Shown piece after piece: positions 9,781 through 19,962 of a stretch of 64,000 nt of DNA. This DNA is from a virus (Duplodnaviria; Caudoviricetes). The notes below the pieces were generated by a model that had not been told where the DNA came from, did not search any database, and was given only the letters and a program-made list of their open reading frames with translations. Numbering within the stretch: the first letter of the stretch is position 1; each line of letters begins with the position of its first letter. Both the position numbers and the translations under genes were made by a program. The DNA is taken from the IMG/VR virus record IMGVR_UViG_3300029288_002061, positions 32,001 through 96,000 of that record; one strand, written 5' to 3'.

Positions 9781-10502
9781 TCCGAGCTTGCCAGCTCCAA
9801 CTTAAGATCCTCTTGGCACATAGGACACGTAGCGGGAATCTCAAAGTTAGGGCCGGGGAGCATCTTTTGGTATTCTTCCATGAAGAAATCGGACTCTGTT
9901 ACTTCCAATTCATCAAAAACGGAAAGGGTCAGTTCATTCCGATCCTTTCCGTTCCAAGAAATGAGAGTATTGAACATCAAAACCTGAGTCCCTTCCACGG
10001 GATTCTTCATGATATACCGCATAGCCGCAGCCTGATCGTTACCTTTGGGGAGAGTAAATACCCCGGAATTGGTAGAACCGGGGCTGCTAACGGTGAATTG
10101 CGGAATATCTTCTACTACGACATAATCCTGCTCATTGTATTCAACGCATTCGATATCTTTGCTGAGATCGCTCGTCATACGAAGCGTTTCATTGCAATGC
10201 GGACACTTCAGTTTTGTCACAAGATCGTTACCGCGTGATACCTTACGGATTTCCAATGCCAGAAAATCACGATCCCCGATATAGAGATCATTGATAATCC
10301 CGTTTGAGAGCTTGTTAATACCCTCGATGGATACAACACAATCCAAGAGAAGGGCATTAAGGAGCTTAATCGGGTCGGCCCGCAACTGCTTTGCTGCAAG
10401 CTTTTTCTGGGTTCCACCGGTCATGGGACGGATAACCACTTCCCGGAGACGGCGGCCTTCACTAAAAATGCCAATAGGCAACGTAACATGTGTTTCGTTC
10501 AT
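9756..10502 (-). CDS. Tail assembly chaperone / T4 gp26-like baseplate protein
   Basis: VTLPxG, RPMTG, LxxGDRDFLxxxIR and two CxxC motifs; between tube and tape measure. Confidence 0.75.
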   Translation of the reverse strand: MNETHVTLPIGIFSEGRRLREVVIRPMTGGTQKKLAAKQLRADPIKLLNALLLDCVVSIEGINKLSNGIINDLYIGDRDFLALEIRKVSRGNDLVTKLKCPHCNETLRMTSDLSKDIECVEYNEQDYVVVEDIPQFTVSSPGSTNSGVFTLPKGNDQAAAMRYIMKNPVEGTQVLMFNTLISWNGKDRNELTLSVFDELEVTESDFFMEEYQKMLPGPNFEIPATCPMCQEDLKLELASSDFLFKLRD

Positions 10503-10540
10503 CGCACACCCTCACAACAAGACTAAGACAACAAGCACAA

Positions 10541-10556
10541 CTGCATACGTATGCAG
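10541..10556. repeat. Palindrome copy 3 (after tube stop)
   Basis: aa-ctgcatacgtatgcag-tt. Confidence 0.95.
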
Positions 10557-11108
10557 TTAAGTGTTCAAACCACTTTGCGGCGCACCATTAGGGTTATTCT
10601 GGCCGCTGCTGATAACCTTCATACCCTCGTGCTGGATAACAACGGACTCGATAACCACCTCGCTACCCATTGCATTCAAAGCGCCAAGACGAAGCTCACT
10701 GGGCCAAGCATTCATCAAAACCCATGTCTTATTTGCGCTGCCGGACGAGGATTCGCCCTTACCATAGAGCTTAATAGTGATGGTTCTGCGGTATTGCGGA
10801 GGAATAATACCATCACCGTAACCGGAGCCGCCGTTTGTCGCACTGGCGTCCTCGTAGGACGCACACTGATTACGCCAATCCAGAAGAATCGTGCTATTAC
10901 TGAGGCCGCGCTGCATCGTAACGGGCTGCCATTCAATCAGACCGGGGAACTTCCGCATCCAAATTGGCATGTTTCCTTCACGGTATTGTACAACAGCGGA
11001 GACGCTATTCAAGCCATCCACCTGAGAAAAGCCAATCTTTTCATAGGGCGGAATGTCCACTTGAAACTTCATACCAAGATAAGGTTCATAACTGGTAACA
11101 TCAGCCAT
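10557..11108 (-). CDS. Tail tube protein (T4 gp19 family)
   Basis: FQVDI...GFSQVDGL...YREG...KFPG...VTMQRG...W.L.NAWP...LNA motifs. Confidence 0.93.
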   Translation of the reverse strand: MADVTSYEPYLGMKFQVDIPPYEKIGFSQVDGLNSVSAVVQYREGNMPIWMRKFPGLIEWQPVTMQRGLSNSTILLDWRNQCASYEDASATNGGSGYGDGIIPPQYRRTITIKLYGKGESSSGSANKTWVLMNAWPSELRLGALNAMGSEVVIESVVIQHEGMKVISSGQNNPNGAPQSGLNT

Positions 11109-11118
11109 AATAACACTC

Positions 11119-11652
11119 CTAAGCTAAGGACATACCCTCATTATAGTATTGCTGAGATTCACTCACATCTACAGAAGCATATATCGGAACTATGCCTTCA
11201 CAAGCCACTACAAGTTGTTGAACAAGGATTTCCTGTGACATGGCATTGAAATCACTCAAACGGACAGCTTTTGGATACGCATTATAGATCCTGTACCGTA
11301 TACCTTCGCCTTGCTTGTATCCTTTTCCGCGTGCTATGACGTTCAATGTAACCCGTATCTGGTTATCCTGATTGGTAGTTGCACCGCTTTTCAGGTTCAA
11401 TGTAACATCGTTGAACCATTGGTCACAAATCGTACCCTTGATGTATACTCCGTGGGAGAACACTATGTCTCCACACTCAAGCACTCCGGGCAGCTTTATG
11501 GGGGAATACGTTTCTGTTATTTCTTCCCACCGTTTTTCTGCCCGTCCAAGGGAATACAACCCCGACACTCTCTGAAACCCGAATGTCGGGCTACCGTTAT
11601 CCAGCGTCACATCGTACAAAAACCCCTGAAACGGATCACTCATATCGGTCAA
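11119..11652 (-). CDS. Second tail tube-like protein (gp19 family)
   Basis: DPFxGFxYxV...GFQRVSGL...KLPG...NAYP...FNA...CEG. Confidence 0.85.
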   Translation of the reverse strand: MTDMSDPFQGFLYDVTLDNGSPTFGFQRVSGLYSLGRAEKRWEEITETYSPIKLPGVLECGDIVFSHGVYIKGTICDQWFNDVTLNLKSGATTNQDNQIRVTLNVIARGKGYKQGEGIRYRIYNAYPKAVRLSDFNAMSQEILVQQLVVACEGIVPIYASVDVSESQQYYNEGMSLA

Positions 11653-11678
11653 GGGGGGCTTGCGCCCCCCATTCTCCT

Positions 11679-14282
11679 TTAGGCAATGCCTTCGGTTACT
11701 GAGCTACCACCATCCCACAGCCCAAGGCTGATAATAAAGAACTCAACCGGCAGGGGCGGATTAAGACCGATTTCCATATTCAGGCGTCCATCCTTGCGTT
11801 CACTATTCGGGTTAAGCTCGGCGTCACACTTGACATAATATGCCTTGGTAACGTCATTGGACGGATAGAGCATACCGCGAGACCAGAGACCATACATGAA
11901 CTCACTGTTTGTTTGTTCTACTTGCTGCCATAGACGTGGATCATTGACCTTCATTATAGCCCAACGGTTCCCGATCCGGAGACTAGCCTTGACATAGTTA
12001 AGGAGTCTGCGGACGTTGATATACTGGCGACCGTCCATCGTGTTCCACAGGGTACGGCAGCCATAAATCCGGATACCGTCGCCGGGGAACCAACGGATAA
12101 CGTTAACGCCAACCGGGTTAAGAAGGTCTTGGTCGGCATCGCTTGCATGGTACTGGGTGTCAATAACATCCCGGAGGAGTGTATTGGCCGGGGGGACATG
12201 CACACCTTCGGTAGCCGCTGTACGGGCGTACTGGCCGCACACGATACCCGAGGGCGGAATCAGCATATTGGTATCCGTGTTATCCGGGTCATTGACTTCA
12301 ATCCACGGGTAGTACAGGGCCGCGTAGGAGCTGTTGATGTTAAGCTCAAACACGCGGTAGTTGTATACCTCTTGCGGAAGATCAGTCCATTCCGGGCAGT
12401 CCATGACGTACAGAAGCTCTGCGCGCTGTTCGGCATACGCGGTAGCGGCAACTTGCATCGCCGTGGTCGTGATACCCGGAACGGCAAAGAAGTTAAGCTC
12501 ACTTACATCGTCAAACAGATACAGGCCGCTCTTGGGGTCAACGTCACTTCCGATATAATCATCATCCACCGGGGTAGCACCATCGACACCACCGGCGAGG
12601 ACTTGCTTGACCACCGGGCGGGGGATCTTCATCCAGTCATAAACCGGGGTAGCATAGAGGTCTGTGACTTCAATCTTAACCGACCGGTTCGAGATACCGC
12701 TGAGGAGGTTCATGACGTAGGTATTGCAGTCTTCCATCATGGACAGGCCGGTAAACTGTTCTTGGAACTGGCCCTTCTCAAAGACGGTCATCTGGAACTC
12801 TTGGGATACCGCCAAGGCACCCGAAGCAATCGGGGTAACAAGGCTTACATCGTCAAACTTGATGATATTGCCGTCGATACCCGTGATAATCACTTCCGTC
12901 ATGGAGGTTCCGTCCATGATCGTTACAAGACCGCCGATTTGAAGACCGGCAACGTCACCAACCGTAACTTGGGTATCGCCGTCATTCAGGGCCGCCGTAG
13001 TCGTGGTGGACATGAAGTGGTTACTGGAACTGGTGATGATCGAACCCGCCGGGAGCTGTGCAGTCAAACCCGACACCGGGAAGGCCAGAGTCACCGCTTT
13101 GGTGGAGATATCAACGTCATAAATCAGGTTGACAAACATGTTTGCGGGGGTCGTCGGGTCATAGGCATAGATAACGTCGCCTTTCTTCATATCCCGAAGG
13201 CTCGACACCACCACAACCGAGTCACCATTGGTAACGGGGTTACGGAACGTGGTAGACCAAGCGGCAGTCGTGATGGAGAGCTGATTACCCCATGCACCTT
13301 CCGAATTCGCGGCAACCATAAGGGCATTCTGGAACGTCGCGGCAGAACCGTAGTGGATCAGGTTATCAAACCCGATTGCGGTGGCCGTGGACGAAGAAAG
13401 CACTTGAACCGAAGCCGTGGGGCCAAGGCTGGTCGATTGGATCTGTACCCGACCGGTTGTGGTAGCCGAAGCCGTACCCCCGGTGATGGTCAGGTTGATG
13501 ACGTTAGCCACTGTAGCGGCAGTCACGGCGTCGATCAGGGGAACGTTACCCGTACCGTATGTGGTTCCGGCGGTCAGGCCGAGCTTGGTAAGGGCTGTAC
13601 CACTAACGATTTCCACACTGGCGGCGGTACCGGCAGAGTCCGAGGTGATGCGGAGGTTCCCGCCGCTTACCGTGACTTTGGCAAGACTGATAACACCATT
13701 GAGGAACGCGGCGACTTCATTCACCGTGGCCGGATCAGCAAGACCGGTAATAGTCAAAGTCTGATCGGGATTCCCGTCGATGGATACAACCAGATTCAAA
13801 CCGTCCAAGCCGGTTCCGTCAAAGGTAGACCCGGTAACAACGGCAGGATCGGCATCAAACGTGAACGTCTGGGTTCCGCCACCGTCGATTTTGAGGTCAA
13901 TATCGGCCCCGTCTTCCATATTGAACGGACTAGAACTGCCAGAGATGATCGTTGCCGCCGAAGGCTCACTACCGAGGTTCTGAAGATTGCCATAGGCATT
14001 CTCAGCCCCATCACCCACAACGCGGTTGATATAGCAGCGAGTTCCGCCCTGTTTGAAGAAATAGCGGACGGCTTGATAGAGGTGGCTGCCACGGTAGCTA
14101 CCACCGTAGTTGTTTACAAATTGCTGGAAGCTGGAACAGAAAACGGAACGGTCGGTACGCCCTTTTTCGGCGGAACCGACAAAACCGCACGTATTAACGC
14201 CGACGCCGACGATACGGGGTTCATTATCCCGTTCAATTACATACACTCCAGGATGAATCGCTTCGACCGCCAAGATAGCCAT
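11679..14282 (-). CDS. Tail sheath protein with large insertion domains
   Basis: PGVYVIE, GFVGxAEKG, YFFxQGGxxCY, YAALYYPW, PPSG, LNPxGVNxIR and YINVRR motifs. Confidence 0.96.
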   Translation of the reverse strand: MAILAVEAIHPGVYVIERDNEPRIVGVGVNTCGFVGSAEKGRTDRSVFCSSFQQFVNNYGGSYRGSHLYQAVRYFFKQGGTRCYINRVVGDGAENAYGNLQNLGSEPSAATIISGSSSPFNMEDGADIDLKIDGGGTQTFTFDADPAVVTGSTFDGTGLDGLNLVVSIDGNPDQTLTITGLADPATVNEVAAFLNGVISLAKVTVSGGNLRITSDSAGTAASVEIVSGTALTKLGLTAGTTYGTGNVPLIDAVTAATVANVINLTITGGTASATTTGRVQIQSTSLGPTASVQVLSSSTATAIGFDNLIHYGSAATFQNALMVAANSEGAWGNQLSITTAAWSTTFRNPVTNGDSVVVVSSLRDMKKGDVIYAYDPTTPANMFVNLIYDVDISTKAVTLAFPVSGLTAQLPAGSIITSSSNHFMSTTTTAALNDGDTQVTVGDVAGLQIGGLVTIMDGTSMTEVIITGIDGNIIKFDDVSLVTPIASGALAVSQEFQMTVFEKGQFQEQFTGLSMMEDCNTYVMNLLSGISNRSVKIEVTDLYATPVYDWMKIPRPVVKQVLAGGVDGATPVDDDYIGSDVDPKSGLYLFDDVSELNFFAVPGITTTAMQVAATAYAEQRAELLYVMDCPEWTDLPQEVYNYRVFELNINSSYAALYYPWIEVNDPDNTDTNMLIPPSGIVCGQYARTAATEGVHVPPANTLLRDVIDTQYHASDADQDLLNPVGVNVIRWFPGDGIRIYGCRTLWNTMDGRQYINVRRLLNYVKASLRIGNRWAIMKVNDPRLWQQVEQTNSEFMYGLWSRGMLYPSNDVTKAYYVKCDAELNPNSERKDGRLNMEIGLNPPLPVEFFIISLGLWDGGSSVTEGIA

Positions 14283-14331
14283 TATTTATACTCCTTTACA
14301 AAACGAAGTTGATATTCTGAATACATAATGG

Positions 14332-14541
14332 CTATTTCCGCGCCATCAAAGCGGTTACATTCGTGATGAAGCGGCCCTTGAGGGCTTTTTGGATCTCCGC
14401 GCTTGCCAAATCTTCCGCAGACATCGCGGCAGAAATCTCACCCTTGGCGAGACACAATGAGCGGCCTTTCCCATCCGAATCTTTCGGAAGGTTGAACGTC
14501 AGCATGGTACGGGAAATGTTCTTAACAAAGTTACGTTCCAT
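14332..14541 (-). CDS. Small virion protein upstream of sheath
   Basis: GGAG RBS; resembles the N-terminus of ORF 27873-28241. Confidence 0.65.
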   Translation of the reverse strand: MERNFVKNISRTMLTFNLPKDSDGKGRSLCLAKGEISAAMSAEDLASAEIQKALKGRFITNVTALMARK

Positions 14542-14550
14542 TGTATTCTC

Positions 14551-15813
14551 CTAATCCTCTATGATATTGCCTTCTTCACCATAATAGGTCGTTATGTACC
14601 GGATACGTTGTACCAGATCGACCTCTTTGGTGAGATCGGGGCGCAACCACGCCCTACCAAAAATTGTACTTGAATAGTCCTTTGTAAACAAGCCCATAGC
14701 AACTCTGTTGGCTAACGTAATTGGCGTTGGATCTATGACTTTATAGAATTCGCCGCTTTCATAAGAGTGTATCCAGTGGTACTGATTCAGGGCGCGTTCC
14801 AGAGCGTCCGAAAGAGCCTCACAGTCATGTTTCAGGGAAGATTGTACCGATACGGTACAAGTACACTTGAAATAGATTCTACCGGTACTTTGGCGGGCTT
14901 TAAACGAGGAATAATGGTATTCAAACTCGTCCTCCCCGTAGCAAATCTCCCCCATTTTCTTGAATGTGTTGTCATTTATCACAACTGCGGTTGCTTTTGA
15001 CATCTCCATCCATGCGTCGGGGGAGGAAATATAGACCGTAGGGACAGCAAAAGCCGTAATAACCAGTCTTCCGGTCTGTTTTGAGGTCAATTCAAAGACT
15101 GCCCCGGATTCGGACGCCTGAATGGACTTAAATAGGTTTGTCGTCCGGTTTGGGTCGGTATCGGTGTTATAGATCTCCACAGGGGATACAAAACTACTCC
15201 ATTGGTGTTCCGGAGCGGCAATATTGGTGTGTTTTGCGTCGTAATAGAGGATACACCGAACCCGGATATTGTCTTCCAAGTGTATCATCATGGATTTCAG
15301 GAAATCGTCTTGATAATCGAAGTCCAGAGTTGTCGATAAGATGACTTGATGGAGAATCGGTGTCGATTTTCCGTTTGTACCCGGAGTAAGGTGGACTTTC
15401 AGCCGGAAACTCTTATCTTCGGTTACAGGGAATGACTGGATAGCCGCGTCCGCCTGTTCCGCCGTGATATAGGTATTTATAGCAGGGCCGGTGGCGGGCA
15501 CCCAAGCGGTCGTATAGGTATACCAATTCTGGCCGCCGTCATTGGAGAACTGATAGCCGATTGCCCCTTCACCGGAGGCTATGTGTTTGAACGCATAAAA
15601 GCCGGTAAGACCGTTTGCGTAATAACGGGGGAACACAACCGTTGTCTCTCGGTAGATACCAGCGGGAGAATAGTCGGTTTCCGTGCCATTGAGCTTACAA
15701 AGGTGGAGGGAACAATCGTCCAGACAGGCGCGGGGCCATCCGTGAAGCGGAGGTTCAAAGGTAAAATCGGAACCTTTGTACTTGTCATTCAGAAGGAAAT
15801 GAATATCTGGCAC
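14551..15813 (-). CDS. Probable tail terminator/neck protein
   Basis: Position between neck genes and sheath; function from synteny only. Confidence 0.45.
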   Translation of the reverse strand: MPDIHFLLNDKYKGSDFTFEPPLHGWPRACLDDCSLHLCKLNGTETDYSPAGIYRETTVVFPRYYANGLTGFYAFKHIASGEGAIGYQFSNDGGQNWYTYTTAWVPATGPAINTYITAEQADAAIQSFPVTEDKSFRLKVHLTPGTNGKSTPILHQVILSTTLDFDYQDDFLKSMMIHLEDNIRVRCILYYDAKHTNIAAPEHQWSSFVSPVEIYNTDTDPNRTTNLFKSIQASESGAVFELTSKQTGRLVITAFAVPTVYISSPDAWMEMSKATAVVINDNTFKKMGEICYGEDEFEYHYSSFKARQSTGRIYFKCTCTVSVQSSLKHDCEALSDALERALNQYHWIHSYESGEFYKVIDPTPITLANRVAMGLFTKDYSSTIFGRAWLRPDLTKEVDLVQRIRYITTYYGEEGNIIED

Positions 15814-15817
15814 GTCA

Positions 15818-16423
15818 CTAATCCCCCAGACCGATCTCTTTAAGGATTACATCCTCATATGGTTCCATCCACTCCGAAAGGTTTTCGTCCAACAGATCAG
15901 CCGCCGGATTAAACAACGGCCTTGCCGGAACCACCAAGACCCTTGTTGTCTTCCTTAAATGAATACCTTTTGCCGCCAAAAACGAACGCATTTTGTCCGT
16001 GACAGGGATTGTAGCTCCGCCCTCGATAATCCGGGCGATCATCTCCATGTCTTTACCGTTCTCACCCTTGGGGATTAGAATGCCTACCACGGCACCGGCA
16101 TCATCTTTTTCAAGCTGTATAGCTCTCTTGAAAGATCCTTTATCAACCAATGGCTGTGAGGATCCGTACTGTGGTATGTCTTCCCCGGCTCCGGGGGTGT
16201 TTTTCTCGTTTCTGGCGGCCCTGAGCATCATTGTGACATCGCTCAAGCGGGGCCAATCCTGTTTACCCGAATCCAGCCACCTCATGACTTCATCATAGAG
16301 GCGTTGGCCGAAATCATGTGCGGCGGCAAGAGCTTGTTTCTTCAGGGATGCCTCACTGACTTTGGATAATTTATCCGCCAAGTCATTGAGATCCTTGAAT
16401 CCGTCCCACTTGATATCGAACAT
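15818..16423 (-). CDS. Neck / virion morphogenesis protein (gpG/HK97 gp10-like)
   Basis: WPRLS, PLVDKG, EGGATI and VPARPLF motifs; start coupled (TAATG) at 16423. Confidence 0.75.
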   Translation of the reverse strand: MFDIKWDGFKDLNDLADKLSKVSEASLKKQALAAAHDFGQRLYDEVMRWLDSGKQDWPRLSDVTMMLRAARNEKNTPGAGEDIPQYGSSQPLVDKGSFKRAIQLEKDDAGAVVGILIPKGENGKDMEMIARIIEGGATIPVTDKMRSFLAAKGIHLRKTTRVLVVPARPLFNPAADLLDENLSEWMEPYEDVILKEIGLGD

Positions 16424-16833
16424 TAGATGGATTCCCGTGTAGTTCTGTTTTGTTCCCACTCGATATACGTCATAAGAGCATGTCCGCGATAGGGACTTAG
16501 CGGGGATACGTGGATCACGATAAAGTCACACGGGGTATCGTTGATTTTAATGATCCTATCACCGTTTTTTGGTACCCATCCGGATTTTTCAAGAACAGTT
16601 GGCCTGAAAACGGCAGAACCCCGAGAGTTCTCACCCTGACCGGTTTGTGTCCGGGTAGAGTTAAAGAACCCACGGTACCCTACCAGTTGTCCCGATATGG
16701 AGATATCTGAGGAATACACACGGTTTCCCTGTGGTTCCCGATAAAACCTGTCGGCGGGGGTGTCCTTACCGGACGAATAGGCTTTAACCACGAAGGTAGC
16801 CGGATTCATCCGGTAAGGCATTTGCAAGGCCAT
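16423..16833 (-). CDS. Head closure / head-tail adaptor
   Basis: D.FYREP and P.NGDRI motifs; synteny. Confidence 0.6.
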   Translation of the reverse strand: MALQMPYRMNPATFVVKAYSSGKDTPADRFYREPQGNRVYSSDISISGQLVGYRGFFNSTRTQTGQGENSRGSAVFRPTVLEKSGWVPKNGDRIIKINDTPCDFIVIHVSPLSPYRGHALMTYIEWEQNRTTRESI

Positions 16834-16868
16834 CGCTTACTCCCGTCGTGCCAACGTCTTATAACAAA

Positions 16869-17093
16869 TTACCGGGTTGCTTCAAAATCAGCCCAGAGCT
16901 GTTCACCCATCGTACCCGCAACTTGGGTTTCCAGAACGTCATTATGGTCAAGAATCGTGTCAAGATTCGACACAGCCACCGCAACACTCGGATCGGTCAC
17001 ATCATTCGCACTGAGAATGACGCGGGCCATATTGGACGCATCGCGAGGAGCGGGGTTGAACGTTTCGGTCGTTGCGCGAGGATCATACACCAT
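16869..17093 (-). CDS. Hypothetical protein
   Basis: AGGAG RBS; lies within the operon. Confidence 0.6.
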   Translation of the reverse strand: MVYDPRATTETFNPAPRDASNMARVILSANDVTDPSVAVAVSNLDTILDHNDVLETQVAGTMGEQLWADFEATR

Positions 17094-17110
17094 GATTGTT
17101 ACTCCTTTTC

Positions 17111-18061
17111 TTAAGGGATACCGCCTATGTAGAAGAAATGCTGACCACTTGAAAACTGTTGCAAAATATCATCAACTTCCGGATTTCCTGTTGTCCATTC
17201 GCCACCGCCATGACCATAAGCCTTCGGTATAGCCGCCAGATTGTATGAATAGCCCTCTACGGATTCGCTATTCAACCGGTCGGCCCACCACTTCGGCCCC
17301 TCTGTATCCATATCAGTACCGCGTATGCCCAGAGGAACCATTTTGTCCTTGACCAATAGCATTGTGGCCCACTTAATCAGGCCGGGAACCTTTCCGTACT
17401 TGATTACAGGAGATCCCGCCGGAAGATTTACTGAAACCACGTCGGTAGTCACTTCACTTGTTACGTGATTTACCGACACCACCTGTATTGCTTCGGATTT
17501 CGGCGGGAGATCAAACCCTAACAAAAGGGTATCTCCGGCGTTAAATCCTGTAGTATCTGCGACTGCAAACGTCTGCACTCCGGGAGTAAGGGCGCCTGTT
17601 GTGGTTGTTTTGTAGAAGTTAAACGTCTCTTCAAGCCAACCAAATACACCATCCATTGTAACAAATTTCGGCTGCATCGGTAGTCGTGTCTGCCAGTCCA
17701 AAAGCTGAACGTACCTATCCTTGACCTCATAAGCGATATTCGGATATGTCATATCGAACAATCCGGGCTTGGTCAAACGGAGGTTTAATATCTCCAAAAT
17801 CGGCGTTGCCGTTGGAAGTTGCACGACACTACAATTTCTACCGTCAACACGTTCGCGGAGTCGCATTGGTATAAACCATTGACGGGTAATGTGGTTAATC
17901 CAGCTCGAACACAACTGGATCAGCATCATAGCCCTGTCATCGGGGAGCCGGTCTTCTGTGAGTCCTTCATCCCGCAAGTCTTGAATACTGCAATAGCGGA
18001 ATATGGTGCTTAGAAGACCACCATGACCCCTCATACCCGGATAGCCTGTTCCTGCTGACAT
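17111..18061 (-). CDS. Head-tail connector/adaptor (gp6/gp15-like) with beta insertion
   Basis: YCSIQDLRDEG...IxxITRQWF, VPxxIKxAT, SESVEGYSY and VDDILxxF motifs. Confidence 0.7.
   Translation of the reverse strand: MSAGTGYPGMRGHGGLLSTIFRYCSIQDLRDEGLTEDRLPDDRAMMLIQLCSSWINHITRQWFIPMRLRERVDGRNCSVVQLPTATPILEILNLRLTKPGLFDMTYPNIAYEVKDRYVQLLDWQTRLPMQPKFVTMDGVFGWLEETFNFYKTTTTGALTPGVQTFAVADTTGFNAGDTLLLGFDLPPKSEAIQVVSVNHVTSEVTTDVVSVNLPAGSPVIKYGKVPGLIKWATMLLVKDKMVPLGIRGTDMDTEGPKWWADRLNSESVEGYSYNLAAIPKAYGHGGGEWTTGNPEVDDILQQFSSGQHFFYIGGIP
17563..17578. repeat. Palindrome copy 4 (in connector gene)
   Basis: ctgcaaacgtctgcac. Confidence 0.9.
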
Positions 18062-18070
18062 AGAAAATCC

Positions 18071-18427
18071 TTATCGGTATCGTTTTTCACGGAAATAGTG
18101 ATAAAGCAAAACTGGGTCAGCCTCTGTTTCTGTCAACTGCCGCCATTCCGGGGCATTTGGTACACCTGTATCTGATGGAAATTTTAACGGGTTAAGCATA
18201 GATGTCCGTTTATTTGGCGGCATGGGAAGTGCATTTCCATTTATATCTACTTCAATAAACGGGTAATAGCCCATGTCCGGAACATTATAATGGAACCTAA
18301 GATAATCACCGTCTACGTCTTCAACTTGTGTTATTTCAGCGTACCGGAACCAATACACCCTATGGGTTACATGCCCATATTCCTGTCGGGTGCCTGGATT
18401 CTGGTAAACGTAAGTAAAATAACGCAT
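18071..18427 (-). CDS. Hypothetical protein
   Basis: AGGAG RBS; first gene after the capsid terminator/promoter. Confidence 0.6.
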   Translation of the reverse strand: MRYFTYVYQNPGTRQEYGHVTHRVYWFRYAEITQVEDVDGDYLRFHYNVPDMGYYPFIEVDINGNALPMPPNKRTSMLNPLKFPSDTGVPNAPEWRQLTETEADPVLLYHYFREKRYR

Positions 18428-18516
18428 TTACACTCCTTTATTCCCTTATTATACATATTGCAATAATAGTAAATAACCAGTTGAAGGAAAAGTTATCTAC
18501 AAAAGTGTTCTAACAC

Positions 18517-18545
18517 AAAGCCGGGGGCGGTATTTCACCCCCGGC
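18517..18545 (-). terminator. Rho-independent terminator after major capsid gene
   Basis: GCCGGGGG-N10-CCCCCGGC hairpin followed by TTTGTGTT on the minus strand. Confidence 0.75.
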
Positions 18546-18572
18546 CCTATGAGTCTCCTATGTGCGACCTAC

Positions 18573-19922
18573 TTAGTAGGTCAGCTCACGGCGGCGGATG
18601 TTAACGGCCTTAACCACCGCGTCAACGTTTTCGACCGCGCAATCGACTTGGTTGTACACGATACTTTCGATCTGGTCGGTATTCTTGTTGAACTCGGTGA
18701 AGATACGGGTTCCGTCGAGAATGCCCCAGACAAAGTTTTTCGGGTTAACAAGGAAAATCGCGCTACCTTCGTTAGCCGTGGTGTACGTGCCGCTACCAAC
18801 ACCGCTATAGGTGACAGGAGCGAGGGGAACAGTCGGATCAGCGGGGGCAGGATCAGCCGCAAAGCCAAGGGTCGTATAGGCTTGGGACGCAACCGCAACC
18901 GGCATCAGGACAATGGAGCTGGCCACGCCAACCGTCGGAGATTCCAGACGAATCTGACCCATACGGTTATCTGTTGCCACAGCTTCGTACTGAATGCCAT
19001 AAGCGACGTTAGCAACAAGGGTGTCATTGATCTTCTTGCAGACATCCGTGGTGTTCAGCGTGCCGTGATTCAGTGTAACCGTCACAAGGCCAAGACCGTC
19101 GATGTTCAGGATCATGGTGTCGTTGTCCGCGCTGATCTCGAACGGGCCATACTTCACGCCAACAACCTGAGCGGCCTTACCGCTGTTGATGGTGATCGGC
19201 ATATCGTCGGGGATGAGAGGAACACGGGTCATCGAAGTACCAAGAGGGGCCATTTCAGCACCTTGGAGAGCCGCGTCACCCAGCATAGTACCACGGTCAC
19301 TGACCGTATCGTTCCAGTCAACCGCCAGAGAGTCACCAATGAGCCAACGCAGGGCGGGGTCGTTCTTATATTGCTTGGGCATAGCACGCTTCATCGCGGC
19401 GAACATACCCTTTGAGATGCTGTCACCTTTGACATCGACCACATGAGCGTTATCGGTGAGTTTCAAGATACCGTCGAAACGGCGCAGAAGTCCATTGGTT
19501 GTCAGCGTGGTATCACCCTGAATGAAGAGCATTTCAAGGTCAGTCGCGATACGTTCAACCATGGTGTCCATGATGGTCTGTTCAAAATCGTTCTGTTCGA
19601 TGTTGCCCTGCAGAGCTTCCGTGGTGATGTTCCAAGCCGAACGGACCTTCTTCGCCACCAGAGTGATACGCTGGAACTTGGCGCGGCTCAGATTGCCAGT
19701 GTCAACGCCTTCGTCAACGCTTTCCGTGACCGGTTCACCAACCCAGAGCTTATCGATGTCCATCATCGGACGGGGCATCTCAACAAAACGGGTCTGGGGC
19801 AGAAGCACGCTGAATTTCTTGACGAGCGTGATAAACTGCTTCTGCTGTTGCGGGTTCAACAGACCACCAGTGGTCATATCCGCAGTCTTGATACTCTTTT
19901 CGAGCATTTCACCATTACGCAT
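18573..19922 (-). CDS. Major capsid protein (HK97 fold) with internal insertion
   Basis: GGLLNPQQxxxFI, ITxEALQxNIE, DLEMLxIQGDT, DGxLK and AMPxQY motifs; downstream of protease. Confidence 0.93.
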   Translation of the reverse strand: MRNGEMLEKSIKTADMTTGGLLNPQQQKQFITLVKKFSVLLPQTRFVEMPRPMMDIDKLWVGEPVTESVDEGVDTGNLSRAKFQRITLVAKKVRSAWNITTEALQGNIEQNDFEQTIMDTMVERIATDLEMLFIQGDTTLTTNGLLRRFDGILKLTDNAHVVDVKGDSISKGMFAAMKRAMPKQYKNDPALRWLIGDSLAVDWNDTVSDRGTMLGDAALQGAEMAPLGTSMTRVPLIPDDMPITINSGKAAQVVGVKYGPFEISADNDTMILNIDGLGLVTVTLNHGTLNTTDVCKKINDTLVANVAYGIQYEAVATDNRMGQIRLESPTVGVASSIVLMPVAVASQAYTTLGFAADPAPADPTVPLAPVTYSGVGSGTYTTANEGSAIFLVNPKNFVWGILDGTRIFTEFNKNTDQIESIVYNQVDCAVENVDAVVKAVNIRRRELTY

Positions 19923-19962
19923 TGTGTTCCTCCTATAAATTCAATTTAGACAGTCTTTAAGA

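Noticed and set aside
207-14282. Bacterial eCIS/T6SS locus
   Set aside because: Contiguous with neck, capsid, protease, portal and terminase genes, so it is a phage tail.
12129-14312. 727-aa plus-strand ORF (and similar ones at 18549, 20107, 28748, 39084, 56013)
   Set aside because: Antisense shadows of strongly codon-biased genes (sheath, capsid, protease, fibre, 929-aa protein, ardC) with no recognisable motifs.
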